DNA of 63,097 nucleotides, counting the filler, from Octopus bimaculoides (Eukaryota): the NCBI RefSeq assembly GCF_001194135.2. It is 4 parts of 4 records of this genome, joined end to end, with 100 filler letters (N's around TTAATTAATTAA, not from the genome) between each part and the next. Parts side by side here need not be neighbours in the genome. Positions count along the whole stretch, not along the records: positions 26,944 to 44,835 come from NC_068990.1; 3 more parts are not named here. One strand, written 5' to 3'. How positions within the stretch are numbered: the stretch's first letter is position 1; every line of letters begins with the position of its first letter. Shown one piece after another: positions 29,271-40,767 of the stretch. Under the pieces are notes generated by a model that was not told where the DNA came from, did not search any database, and saw nothing but the letters and a program-made list of their open reading frames with translations. Position numbers and translations under genes: made by a program.

Positions 29271-29296
29271 TTGCAGTCAAGATGGAGTTTCAGGTG
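29271..29296 (+). other. Candidate 26-nt micro-exon
   Basis: CCTTTTGTTTTTAG|TTGCAGTCAAGATGGAGTTTCAGGTG|GTAAGT: strong acceptor and donor in non-repeat sequence. Confidence 0.3.
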
Positions 29297-29388
29297 GTAA
29301 GTCAGCTCGAGCAGTTATTGTTTATACCTATTACATTATATCATTAGACACAACTTTATGTGTCTATTTTATGTGTATGTCACACACA

Positions 29389-29429
<41 letters not shown>

Positions 29430-30310
29430 TTATATATATATACACACATTGAGGCACAAATTGTTTTTTGGAAAAGTGCAGTTTTACACACACACACACA
29501 CATGAGTACCATATACAAATGGGGGCATATAGATGTAGATATACATATACACACACACATCAAGCAAATTTCTGTGTAAATGTCACAAAAATGAAACCGT
29601 ATATGCCTTTTATGAATATCTATGAACCTTCACATTTGCTGCCAAGTAATCTAAGATCATATACTTTACTATACAAAAATAATGGGCCATTTTCAAACAA
29701 TATTTCTAGTGTGCTGGTTGTTGCTTAGCCCTAGGTCAACCTCGATCAAGCAGAGCTCATAAGAAAGGTATTCTAGCCTTTTCAGAAATACATAGGACTG
29801 CAATATTAATGTGTTCTTTCCTGTTTTTTTTTCTCAGATGTTAGGAAGTGATTTGACCCTTTTGCTAACAACCTGTCTGAAACTGCCCTTGTTTCTATAA
29901 TATAAACTTCCTGTTTTAAAGTTATATGAATTAAAAGCTTCCATCAAAATGCTGTGTTAATTTATGTTCCAAATACCAGCTTAATAATGACAATTATTTT
30001 CCAAATTCTTCATTATTTTTCTGAAGATGATGTGATTGTTTATTTTTAGAATTACATTGTAAGGCAGGTGTAAGAGGCCAGATCTGACTGGCTTAAACAT
30101 AAGACAGGTAAAATATTTAGGCCAGATATAGTCAATTCAAATGCTAAAGGGTTCATCATCACTTTAAAATTAAAGCATAAAGGTAGAGTATTCAAACAAA
30201 AATATGTTAATTAAAGGGTTAATGGACATTTGACTGCTATTTCTGACAGATCATAGGACTGCCATTCTTCTGTGTATAACTTGTGATTTGTTGATATTGT
30301 CATTGGTTAG

Positions 30311-30512
30311 TAGTGAGCTGGCAGAATTGTTAGCACACTGGGTAAAATGCTTAGCAGCATTTTGTCCGCCTTTACATTCTAATTCCACTGAGGTCGACTT
30401 TGCCTTTCATCTTTTTGGGGTCAATAAATTAAGTACCAATTGAGTATTGGGGTCAATGTAATCGAATTACTCCCTCCTCTGAACTTGATGGGCTGGTTCC
30501 AAAATTTGAAAC
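30311..30512 (+). mobile_element. SINE family S1, CpG-decayed
   Basis: Aligns to 7111-7325 with CG changed to TG/CA. Confidence 0.8.
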
Positions 30513-30633
30513 AGATATTGTCATTGGTTTATGGATACCCAACACATCTCATCTGTTTTTTTACTCTCTCTTTTCTAAAGTAAAATATGAATATTCTAAA
30601 AGAATAATTAATTACATATTCCAATCTGATTTC

Positions 30634-30860
30634 TTAAGCCTTTAGCATTCAGATTACTCAGTCAAATGTAATGCTTATTTATTCACATTGTTTTGATTTT
30701 AATCATGCATTTTCTCATGCCTTTGATTTCAATGATGTGATTGTTTACTTTTAGAATTACATTATAAGGCAGGTGTAAGAGGCCAGATCTGGCTGGCTTG
30801 AACATAAAACAGGTAAGATATTCAGGCCAGATATGGTCAGTTTAAATACTAAAGAGTTCA
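30634..30860. mobile_element. TTAA-flanked MITE (piggyBac-like ends)
   Basis: TTAA+GCCTTTAGCATT...AAATACTAAAGAG+TTCA. Related copies at 30027-30155 and 35119-36532 (interrupted). Confidence 0.6.
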
Positions 30861-31269
30861 TCATCACTTTAAAATTAAAGCATAACTTTAGAAAAAGATA
30901 TATTTACATCAATAAAAATAAATTATGTTTTCTATATGATAAAATTTCTTGCTAATTTTTGGCACAAGGCTGGAAATTTTGACTGGTACAAATCCTCAGC
31001 AGGATTTGGACACATAACAAAGAGCTGCAAGAAATACCACAGATCATTTTGTTGGTTGCGGTAACAATTCTGCCAACTTACCTCTTTCTATATAATAAGA
31101 TTAGTGATTTTTAGAAACTGAATTGCACAAGGCTATCTCTGGTCACAAACTTCACATTAAAAAGTGTGCAGGATATTTAAATTAAAACCTCTTGTTATAA
31201 TTTTATGTAAGAACTTTTTGTTCTTTTCCAAGCACCAGCCTATTGATTGTTTCTAAATTAGATATCATG

Positions 31270-31545
31270 GTACCAACCAGACTAACGGATGCTGTTATAC
31301 ATCACTGGTCACAGTGCACTTTGCATTGTTGTAGCTTTTGAATGATGCCGCTCTACTGGCTAGATGAACAGGTCAACATTCCTCCTCATCTGTTGCAGGG
31401 TAACCTATTTACAGCTGAGTGGACTGGAGCAACATGAAATGAAGTATTTTGCTCAAGAACACAATGCGCAGCCAGTCTGGGAATTGAAACCACAGTCTCA
31501 TGATTATGAGTGCAATGTGCCTCACTACTAGGCCATGAGCTTTCA
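31270..31545 (-). mobile_element. tRNA-derived SINE family S2 (tail type d)
   Basis: Shares the head/body GTGTTCTTGAGCAAAA(C/T)ACTT..TTGCTCCAGTCCACTCAGCTG with other S2 copies. Confidence 0.78.
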
Positions 31546-31687
31546 CAATTTAAATATAAAACCATGAATATTTCAGGAAGGAGATAAGCTGATATCATCA
31601 ATCCTTAGTACTTAAGTAAGATTCTATTTTCTCTAACTTGAAGGGGTGGAAGTTGAAGTTGACCAAGGCAGCTTAGTAGTGAAAAAG

Positions 31688-32012
31688 TGAAGGTACATAG
31701 CTTAATGGTTAAGGTTTCAACTCTCAATTGTAAGGTTGTGGGTTTGATTACTGGTGGTGCAATGTGTCCTTGCGCAAAGCACTTTATTTCACATTGCTCC
31801 AGTCCACTGAGCTGGCAAAAATGAGTAGTACTTGTATTTAAAAAGGCAAGCTTTGTCACCTACTGTGCCATGCTGAATCACCCTGAGAACTATGTAAAAG
31901 GGTGTGTGTGTCTGTGGAGTGCTCTGCCACTTGTATGCTAATTTCACAAGCAGGCTGTTTGGTCAATCAGATCAGATGGAATACTCATTGTTGTAACCAA
32001 CAGAATGCCAGT
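31688..32012 (+). mobile_element. SINE family S2 (tail type b)
   Basis: Head/body plus the tail CCTGAGAACTA..GTCTGTGGAGTGCTC..GAATGCCA, shared with 36885 and 38745. Confidence 0.8.
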
Positions 32013-32479
32013 TAATGAAAAAAGTTATTTTTTAAAACCCTTTCATATTACTGATTATTTCCAAAAAATAATTAAAACATAGGCAGTGTATTTAATTAGA
32101 AAAGTGTTAATGTCTTATTTTGTCATTGTATGACTGAAATTCATGGTTTGTCAGTGGAATTCCTTTGGTGAAACATCACTAAAACCCATTAATTTCTGCT
32201 TTGTAAAATATATTGCTTGGATCACAACACATACATACATATATGTACACATATCTGTATGTGTGTGTGTGCACGCATGTATATNNNNNNNNNNNNNNNN
32301 NNNNNNNNNNNNNNNNNNNNNNNNNNNNNNNNNNNNNNNNNNNNNNNNNNNNNNNNNNNNNNNNNNNNNNNNNNNNNNNNNNNNNNNNNNNNNNNNNNNN
32401 NNNNNNNNNNNNNNNNNNNNNNNNNNNNNNNNNNNNNNNNNNNNNNNNNNNNNNNNNNNTATATATATATATATATATG

Positions 32480-32645
32480 TTGTGGACTTCTTTCAGTTTC
32501 TGCCTACAAAATCCACTCACAAGGCATTGGTCAGTCCAAGGCTATAGTAGAAGACACTTACTCAAGGTGTCATGCAGTGAGACTGAACCCTGAACCAGGT
32601 GGTTTGGAAGCAAACTTCCTACCACATAGCCATACTACTGCTTAT
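32480..32645 (-). mobile_element. SINE family S3 head
   Basis: Reverse complement of GCTGTGTGGTAAG..GGTTCAGTCCCACTGCGTGGCACCTTGGGCAAGTGTCTTCTAC seen at 58035. Confidence 0.78.
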
Positions 32646-33315
32646 TAATTAATTTTATTTTTGTTATCTTGACATAAGAGTACAAACTAATAAAATATGC
32701 TGAGTATAGTCAGTTGAATTAATCCTAGTATATGACTGGTATCTATTTTACTGGCATTACGTTGCAGAAAAGCAAACCAACTTCACTAAACTTTAAACAA
32801 AGAGGAAGGAAGCTAAATACTATTAAGTCAAATGCTCTCATGTTTCTTCCATTCTACTTTGCTTTAGCACAAAGACCTTGTATTTTAGAGGATGGAGAAA
32901 TAGAATGTGCACTGTTAATGACTTTCTGAAGACATTAGCAAATTAAATGAAATGGAACATCTCCAGTGTTGGTCCATTGTAGACTTAACTCTTGCACTAC
33001 AATGCTTGCCATTTAGATGGCTAAAATTGATTTTTGTTCACTATGTATGGAAGTAATTTGTTATAGTTGACTGCATCTACTTAGTATGGTTGAGAAAGAT
33101 GAAAAAAAATGAAATTGGCATTTGAAAGATTTGAACTCCAAACCAAAAGGGATTGAATTTAAATATCATAATGCATTAGCTTGTTGCTCTACTGCCTCAA
33201 CTATTTTCACTTGTTTGTAAGGAATCAATATAAAGACTCTAAATGGAAGCCTTTTGTTTTTTTAACTTTAGTTAAATATCTTTAGCTATATCAAAAAAAT
33301 ATCATTAGTTGTACT

Positions 33316-33530
33316 GGTTTCTAATTTTGACTCAAAGTCAGCAATATTAGGGGAGGGTGTAAGTCAATTAAATTGACTCTAGTGCTCAGCAGGTACTTAT
33401 TTTATCAACTCCAAAAGGATGAAAGGCAAAGTCAAACTTAGCAAAATTTGAACTCAGAACATAAAGATGAGTGAAATGCCATGAAGAATTTTGCCTGGAA
33501 CACCAATGATTCTACCAGATTGCTACCTTA
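33316..33530 (-). mobile_element. SINE family S1, CpG-decayed
   Basis: Contains AGGATGAAAGGCAAAGTCAAAC..ATTTGAACTCAGAAC. Confidence 0.78.
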
Positions 33531-33789
33531 TTCATTACTTATATTAAACTAAACATGTATAGTTAACCTATCCACAAATTCTAGGACTCTATACTAGAAA
33601 TGTTTAACTCAACTTCTATAACATGGTGAAAGAGCTAAAGATATGATTCACAGAAGCTGTTCTCAACAGCTAAGGTGTTCTACAATTTGGAAAATAAATG
33701 AAGAAAGACATTAAAATAGAGGGAACTAAGACTTGAAGAATCATGTGGTATACACTGATAAATCAGTAATTAACCTCTGTGATTTAATA

Positions 33790-34360
33790 TGAAGGGCTGA
33801 TCCAGTGTAAAGCCAAGGTGGCACCATCTTTGATAATGCATGACTAGCTCAAAAAAATCACTGGTAAGCTACTGGAGAGGCTGTGGAAAGACAGACATGT
33901 TTCTATACTGGTCAAATGTAAGATATACCAGGTTATAGTGCTTTCTTCCCAGCTGAATGGAGCTGAAACCTAGACAGTCTATAAAGCTCATGTAGACAAG
34001 TTACATGCATCTATAATGAGACAACTGCAACGAATTATGAATATCACTCTCTTTAACAAGGTCAGGAATGACAAGATCCTGTGGCATGCTGGTCTGCCTT
34101 CTATGATGGAAATCCTCATTGACAGAAATTTATGTAGGTTGAGACACTTTCACAGGATGAACAACAGCAGACTTCCTTGACAACTCCTTTACTCTCAACT
34201 ATACAAGGAGAAAAGAAGCCATGGAAGAACTAGATAGAGATTCACAGATACTGCAAAAAAGGAATATGAAGTGGAAAGGAGTTGATTGTAATAAATGGCA
34301 TACACAAGCAATGAACTGAAGAAACATTGTCAAATCATGCCAAAGCCATGAACAGTCATA
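33790..34360 (+). mobile_element. RTE-clade LINE ORF2 C-terminal relic
   Basis: LWKDRHVSILVKCKIYQVIVL..GAET*TVYKAHVDKLHA..RQLQRIMNI..KVRNDKIL..AGLPSM..HRMNNSRLP*QLLYSQL, with stop codons. Confidence 0.85.
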
Positions 34361-34460
34361 GTTGCAATGACTGACTGCAAGGAGAAATTTATTATGTTAA
34401 TTAATTAACACCTATTTTTATACAATATGATTAATGATTATTTTCATTCTTATTTATGTA

Positions 34461-34513
34461 CATTGGAATTTATACTGATGGGGTCGAATAAGACCGAAAC
34501 ATGTCCAAAGTTG
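34461..34513 (+). ncRNA. Minimal type-I hammerhead ribozyme motif with an A9G change
   Basis: CTGATG(G)-GGTC-gaataa-GACC-GAAA-CATG-TC. Perfect 4-bp stem II, palindromic stem III (ACATGT), GUC triplet; stem I imperfect. Confidence 0.62.
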
Positions 34514-34556
34514 TCTCCTATATTTGCTGAACTGATTAAAATAATAAATAATATTG

Positions 34557-34755
34557 GTTTCCAAATTTGGCACGGGAACAGCAATTTCAAGGGAGGAGGT
34601 AAGTTGATTACATTAACCCCAGAGTGCAACTGGTACTTATTTCATCAACTTCAAAAGGTTGAAAGGCGAAGTCGACCTGGGCAGAATTTGACCTTAGAAC
34701 ATAAAGATGCATGAAATGCTACTAAGCCTTTTTCTCAGTGTGCTAATGATTTTGC
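34557..34755 (-). mobile_element. SINE family S1
   Basis: Contains AAAGGTTGAAAGGCGAAGTCGACCTGGGCAGAATTTGACC. Confidence 0.78.
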
Positions 34756-35136
34756 ATTGATTTAATTCATTTAATGTTGTGTTTTCCTTACTGCATAAAA
34801 TATTTCTAATTAGATTTTACTGCTCAAAAATACTTACAAGAGAACATGAATTCTCAAAGCATGGGTTTCTAAATGTAAAGAATTAAGTGACCTGTGCAAA
34901 TATATAATAAAATACCTATAGAAAAAATGAAACAAAAATATCATAAATTAGCACTGATATTTCTTAGTTACTTAGCCATTTAACCTTTATTTATTCTTTT
35001 TCAATTTCTCTGAGTGATTCTGTCTTTAGTTAAGCCATCATCTTTCTGATATTTTATGACATGTACTACTTTCCCAACCAGAATCTTAAAATAAGATTTA
35101 TTTATATGACCTCCTTGCTTAAACCTTTAGCATTTA

Positions 35137-36321
35137 CAAGGAGGTACACAAAAGTAACCAGAAACATTCTCTGTGGGTCAAGTACATTGTAGTTCAGGAT
35201 TCCACTGCAAGAAGTCATTTGATGCAACCCTTCAGCATCAGTCTGCTGACCGGTGACGTTGGGTGATGTTGTACTGCCATTTAGTGCGTCTTTGTTTTGC
35301 AGTGCTTCTCCCCTGTTTGTTGATTTTTGTGATGGCTAAAATGAAGGAACAGTGTGCTTCTGTGAAATTCTGTCTTCTGCTGGGGCAAAGGGCAGCCAAA
35401 ACAGTTGTCATGCTTCAGACAGCTTACAAGGATACTGCCATGAACAAAACACAAGTTTACAAGTGGTTTTCACACTTTAGGAATGGTCACTTGTCACTTG
35501 AAGACTAATCTCATTCAGCCCCCAAACAAGTGAAAACATTATGAAAATTCATGAACTGATTTTAGAGGACCATTGCTGAACAATTGATAAACTTGTTGAT
35601 AATACTGTTGTGGCCTGGAGCTCGTGTTAACAAATTCTGAGTGAGGAATTCTGAATGAAAAAAGTTGCAGCAAAATTTGTGCTTTGCTTGCTCATGGAAG
35701 ATCAAAAACAGTTACAACTGAATGTGTGTTGTGAACTGAAAGAACAGTTGGAAGTCGATCTTGCTCCTCGTGACTACTTTTTGTTTACCCTGAATGAGAA
35801 AAGTCCTAAAAGGAAAACGTTTTGCAGATGTAAAAGAGAAGAAAAAGAAAACAATGGAGATGTTAAAAAGTATCACTTTGCAAGGATTCCAGGACTGCTT
35901 TGAACAGTGGAAAACGAGTCTGGACTGATGCATTGCTTGAAATGGATAATAGTTTGAATGTAATAAAAGTGTAAACACGTAAAACTAAGTGAATAAAATA
36001 AATAAATAAAAATAAATAAATGCGCCATTTTTAAAGCCTAGCCAGGCTCATGGGCCTGGTTTCCCGGTTTCTATGGTGTATACATTCCCCAGCTGGACGG
36101 GATGCCAGTCCATCGCAGCGTTACTCATTTTTGCCAGCTGAGTGGACTGGAGCAATGTGAAATGAAGTGTTTTGCTCAAGAACACAACGCGTCGCCCGGT
36201 CCAGGAATCAAAACCACAATCTTACAATCATAATGCTGACACCCTAACCACTAAGCCACGCGCCTCCACAAGTGAATAAAATAATATAGCAAAATTTCGG
36301 TTTCTTTTGGGTACCCCCTCA
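35137..36321 (+). mobile_element. Mariner element with both TIRs and TA duplication; catalytic core deleted
   Basis: Left TA|CAAGGAGGTACACAAAAGTAACC matches right GGTTTCTTTTGGGTACCCCCTCA|TA. Translation MAKMKEQCASVKFCLLLG..VYKWFSHFRNG, KKVAAKFV, then EVD joined directly to LAPRDYFLF. Confidence 0.9.
36001..36269 (-). mobile_element. Full-length young SINE S2 (tail type a) with a 14-bp TSD
   Basis: AAGTGAATAAAATA at 35987-36000 and 36270-36283. tRNA-like head TGTGGAGGCGCGTGGCTTAGTGGTTAGGG, (TTTA)n tail, CpGs retained. Confidence 0.92.
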
Positions 36322-36884
36322 TAGATTACTCTGTGAAAGTAATGCTTATTTATTCACGTTGTTTTCAGTTAATCAAGCATTATATTGTAGGTTTTAGATT
36401 TTACCAATGTGATTACATATTTTTAGAATGACATTGTAGGGTTGGTGTGATAGGCCAAATCTGGCTGGTGTGAACATAAAATAAGTAGAACATGTACACC
36501 AGGAAAGGACTGCTTAAATGCTAAATGGTTAACATATTCTTGTTTTAAGTACCATTAATTCAAAGCAATGTGTAATAGATAAAAGAAACTTCCATTGAAG
36601 TTATCTTTGCCTTTACTAGACATTAATAACTTCTAACCAAATATAGTTTAACATTATTTCCATGTAAATCATCTCATAAGGAATAAGGAGAGATGTTGAA
36701 AAATCTCACATCAGAGATTTTGGTAGAACCTTAGATACCATAATTACAATCCCTACAATCACCAAACACCAGCACCAGCACCAGCACCATCACCACCATA
36801 TGCAACTGCCACTCAGTAAGCTGTACCTTGCTTCTGATTTGGTTAAACTATTTCACTTATATTTTAAGTCTGGTTTGAGATTTT

Positions 36885-37210
36885 GCCAATGTGGCTTAGT
36901 GGTTAAGGTATTTGGCTCACAGTCATAAGGTCGTGAGTTCGTTTCCTAATAGCATGCTGTGTCCTTGAGAAAGACACTTTATTTCAAATTGCTCCAGTAC
37001 ACTCAGCTGGAAAAAAATGAGTTGTATCTGTATTTCAAAGGGTCAGCCTGGTCTGGTCACATTCTGTGTTTTACTGAATCTCCCTGAGAACAACATGAAG
37101 GTAATACATGTCTGTGGAGTGCTCAGCCACTTGCACGCTAATTTCATGAGTAGGTTGTTCCTCTGATTGGATCAACTGGAACACTCATTGTCATAACTGA
37201 CAAACAGCCA
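36885..37210 (+). mobile_element. SINE S2 (tail type b)
   Basis: Head GTGGCTTAGTGGTTAAGG..GAGTTCGTTTCC, with body and tail as at 31688. Confidence 0.8.
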
Positions 37211-37384
37211 CTATGTCTGCAACTTCATACAAAGGCAATAGTCTGGAGAAAGAGGTTACAAGCCTTTGATTCACAACATGAATATGAAGTCTTAGAGGGA
37301 TCCCAACAACTTAAATAAAACTATGCTATAATTCTTTTTTGGAACTGTTTAACTTGAAACAAATAAAGCTATGAATAGGGTAAA

Positions 37385-37700
37385 GGGTAAAGATACTCTT
37401 TGATCATGAGTCACCATGGGATTGCACCTAGAAAGATACCCTCCAAGGCACAAGTCTAGGTAAGGTGGCTTATGGAAGATTAGCAGTTGCCCATGCATAC
37501 CAGTCTCCCCTCATCATGCCACCAATGTTATCCAAGGGAAAGGCAAAGGCCGACACAGCTTAGTACTAGTGACATCACAACTCATTTCTGCAGCTGAGTG
37601 AACTGGAGCAATGTGGAATAAAGTGTTTTGTCCAAGAACACAATACACAGCCTGGTCCAGGAATCGAACTCACTACCTCATGATTGTAAGCCCAAAGCTC
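37385..37700 (-). mobile_element. SINE S2 (tail type c)
   Basis: Same body, different tail (GGGATTGCACCTAGAAAG..AAGGCAAAGGCCGA on the + strand). Confidence 0.78.
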
Positions 37701-38744
37701 TATACAATAGCATGTAAATATTGAGTTAAAAAAAAAAAACCTTTGGATAGTAAAAAGTCAAAGGCTACCTGTGGGACATGAACCCACACCTGTTAACATG
37801 GCAGATGTTCTACTATTGGACTACTTTTTCTATCCAAAAACCCATGGATTTACACACTGTTATATATAGCTTTATTTACTTCAAGTTAAACCATTCCAAA
37901 AATAAATTACTTTATGTTTCCCTGAAGATTCTAAATTCTTATGATGCCAAAAGCTATGATATTTTTTCTCTTATTCTCCTCTTTAGAATAAATGACACAA
38001 ACTGTAGAAAACATTGTAGGAAATAGTTGTTGTTGCTGTTGTTGTTGTTGTTTTTGCTGTTATTTAGCCCCATTTCAGTCCTGATTTGAGCAAACATACA
38101 ATGAGAAAGGTTATTCAGTAATGATTATTTCGCTTTTTTCTTTGGTACAGTGCACTTTGGACCACATTATCCAATGTATCTTTCTTTTCAAGGATGGCTT
38201 GGTTATGGTTTGAGGGAAATTTGGTTGCTATTTCAATAAGATTGGGTGACTGCACTGAAGCTCTTCTGTTAGCTTTACAGCGAGAGCCAGAATGAACGTC
38301 TGAAATGATAATTTTATGGTTGAGATAGTTTGCCTAATGCCAACCATTATACATAAAAAAAAATTCTAAAAACAAAAAAATAACAAACAAACAAACAAAC
38401 AAAAAACAACAAACAAGCAAAACAAAACAAAAAACACGATTTAATATCCGTTTGGCAAATAATGTTGATTGTTCTGAATATAAAAAAAGTTTAATAATAA
38501 TTCCTCTTTTACAAATCAACTGACAAAAAATATTTAAAAAAAAAATCTCCTGAATTTGTTGGCTCCTGACAAAATCTTAATATAGCTATTAATTAGAGTC
38601 ATCAAAATCTTCAAACGTAAAAATTATATTTAAACTCAAGCATTTTCTGAAACATAGGCTATATTTCATTTCCACTTGTCATCTCTATTGCATTTTAAAC
38701 ACACACCAATAAGGGAGTCTTTATGAGGTTACACAAACTAGTAT

Positions 38745-39062
38745 GAAGAGACTAGTAGTTAGGGTATCCAGCTCACAATTGTAAAGTCTTCAGTTCAATA
38801 CTCAACGGCGCTTTGTGTCTTTAGGCAAGGCACTTTATTTCACATTGCTTCAGTCCACTCAGCTGGCAAAAATGAGTAGTAACTGTATTTCAAATAGTCA
38901 GCCTTGTCACATTCTGTGTCGCACTGAATCTCTCTGAGAACTACATTAAAGGTATGTGTCTGTGGAGTGTTCAACCAATTGTACATTAATTTCACAAGCA
39001 GACTGTTCCGTTTATCAGATCAACTGGAACGCTTGTCATCATAACCAACAGAATGCCAGTTA
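38745..39062 (+). mobile_element. SINE S2 (tail type b)
   Basis: As at 31688 and 36885. Confidence 0.8.
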
Positions 39063-39419
39063 CATAACCTATTAGAAATAGCAGCCAAATTTCTACTCTT
39101 CATACCTTGAATGGATAAAGACAATATAAGATGGTAAGGGCTCTGTAGCCATACAAGAGTACAAGGCAAGCTGAATGAACAGAGATACTGTATCATCTAG
39201 TTTTGCTTGGAACAGGACAACATCATAAGGAGTGGTGCCACAATAAAATAAAATGTGCCCAGTAAACTCTGTGACATAGTTGGTGTTTAGAAGGGCATTT
39301 AGTCATAGGCACTATGCTAAAATTTGATCACAGTGAACGATGGTCCTCAACCCATCAGAAGACATTGTTTGAGTTGGTCAATAACTTGGCCTAGCATGGA
39401 ATGCAGATGTAAAATGGCA

Positions 39420-40146
39420 ATATGATGATGAGAGTGGAAGTGATGAAGGTCAGTTAGTGGTGGCATTAATGGTTGTGACAGTGTTGGTGGCAGTGATGGT
39501 GGTAATGATGGTAGTGGTGATGGTCATAGTAGTGGTGGTGGCATTAGTGGTAGCAATAGCAGTGGTGGTAGTTGTGGTGGTTCTGGCGGTAGTGAAGGTG
39601 GTAGTAGTGGTGGCTATGGTGGTAGTGGTAGTGGGGGCAGTGATGGTGGTGGTGGTGGTACTGCTGGTAGTAATGGCATTAGTAGTTGTGGAGGTGGCAT
39701 TGGTGGTGGCATCGGTGATGGTGGTTGTGGTGGTGATGGTGGAGTAGTGGCAGTGGTGGTGGTTGCAATGATGGTGGTACTGGGGTTAGTGGTGGTATTA
39801 GTGGATGTGGTGATGGCATTGCTGGTGGTGGTAGTAGTGGTGGTGGTGGTGGTGGTGGCAGTGATAGTAGTGATAGTGGTAATGGTGGCATTATTGGTTG
39901 TGGTGGTGGTGGTGGTGGTGATAGTGATGGCATCAGTGGTGGTAGCAGTAGTGATGGAAGCAGCAGTAGCAGCAGTGGCATTGGTGGCAGCGGTAGCAGT
40001 GATGGTGTTGGTAGTGGTGGTGGTGGTGGTGGTAGCAGTGGTAGTGGTAGCAGTGGTAGTGGTAGCAGCAGCAGCAGTGACAGCAGTGGCAGCAGTAGTG
40101 ACAGCAGTGGTGGCAACAGCAGCGTCAACAGCAGCAGCAGCGTCAA

Positions 40147-40180
<34 letters not shown>

Positions 40181-40255
40181 GTCAACAGCAGCAGCAGCGG
40201 CAACAGTGGTAGTGGCATTGGTGGTGGTGATGGTGATGGTGATAAGCTAGGGATA

Positions 40256-40289
<34 letters not shown>

Positions 40290-40290
40290 C
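39420..40290. repeat. ~870-bp compound trinucleotide array (GGT/GTA/GCA/GAT)
   Basis: Directly visible; it is the source of the poly-V/L/A/P ORFs in the track. Confidence 0.95.
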
Positions 40291-40454
40291 GACTCCTTAT
40301 CAGCTTATAAAAATAAGGGCCACATTGGAGCAAGCAATTCCTGATATGCATTAAAGCCTACATTGTCACACACTTGGATATCTATTGACCATGAGTCAAT
40401 TCAATTATGGCTAACCTGGGACTAAACAAAAGCAACAATAAATAAAAGCATTTT

Positions 40455-40650
40455 TCTTCTTTCTTACCTTTTATTTGTTTTAGTCATTGGATTGTGGCCA
40501 TGCTGGGGCATTGCTTTGAAAGGTATAATCAAACAAATCAACTGCTGTACTTAAGCCTGGTACATATTCTATTGGTCTTTTTTTGTCAAACCATTAAGTT
40601 ATTGGAATGTAAACAAACCAGCACTGGTTGTCAAGTAGTGGAGGGACAAA
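40455..40650 (-). mobile_element. SINE S3 3' part
   Basis: TGTGGCCATGCTGGGGCA..CTGGTACATATTCTATTGGTC, matching the tails at 44660 and 62380. Confidence 0.72.
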
Positions 40651-40767
40651 CACTAACGCACACGTGTGTGTGTATGTATGTGCATGTGTATGTGTGTGTA
40701 TGTACATATGTTTATTTATCTACATATACATACACACACACACATATATACATATACATATATATAA

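Noticed and set aside
33890-33905. GAAACATGTC on the minus strand
   Set aside because: It lies within RTE coding relic (DRHVSIL) and has no core; coincidental.
38281-38307. Possible terminal exon ESQNERLK*
   Set aside because: Very short, and the acceptor region is mostly a common repeat.
39457-40250. Poly-V/A/L/P ORFs resembling membrane or mucin-like proteins
   Set aside because: Translations of an impure trinucleotide array, open in several frames, with no splice or start context.
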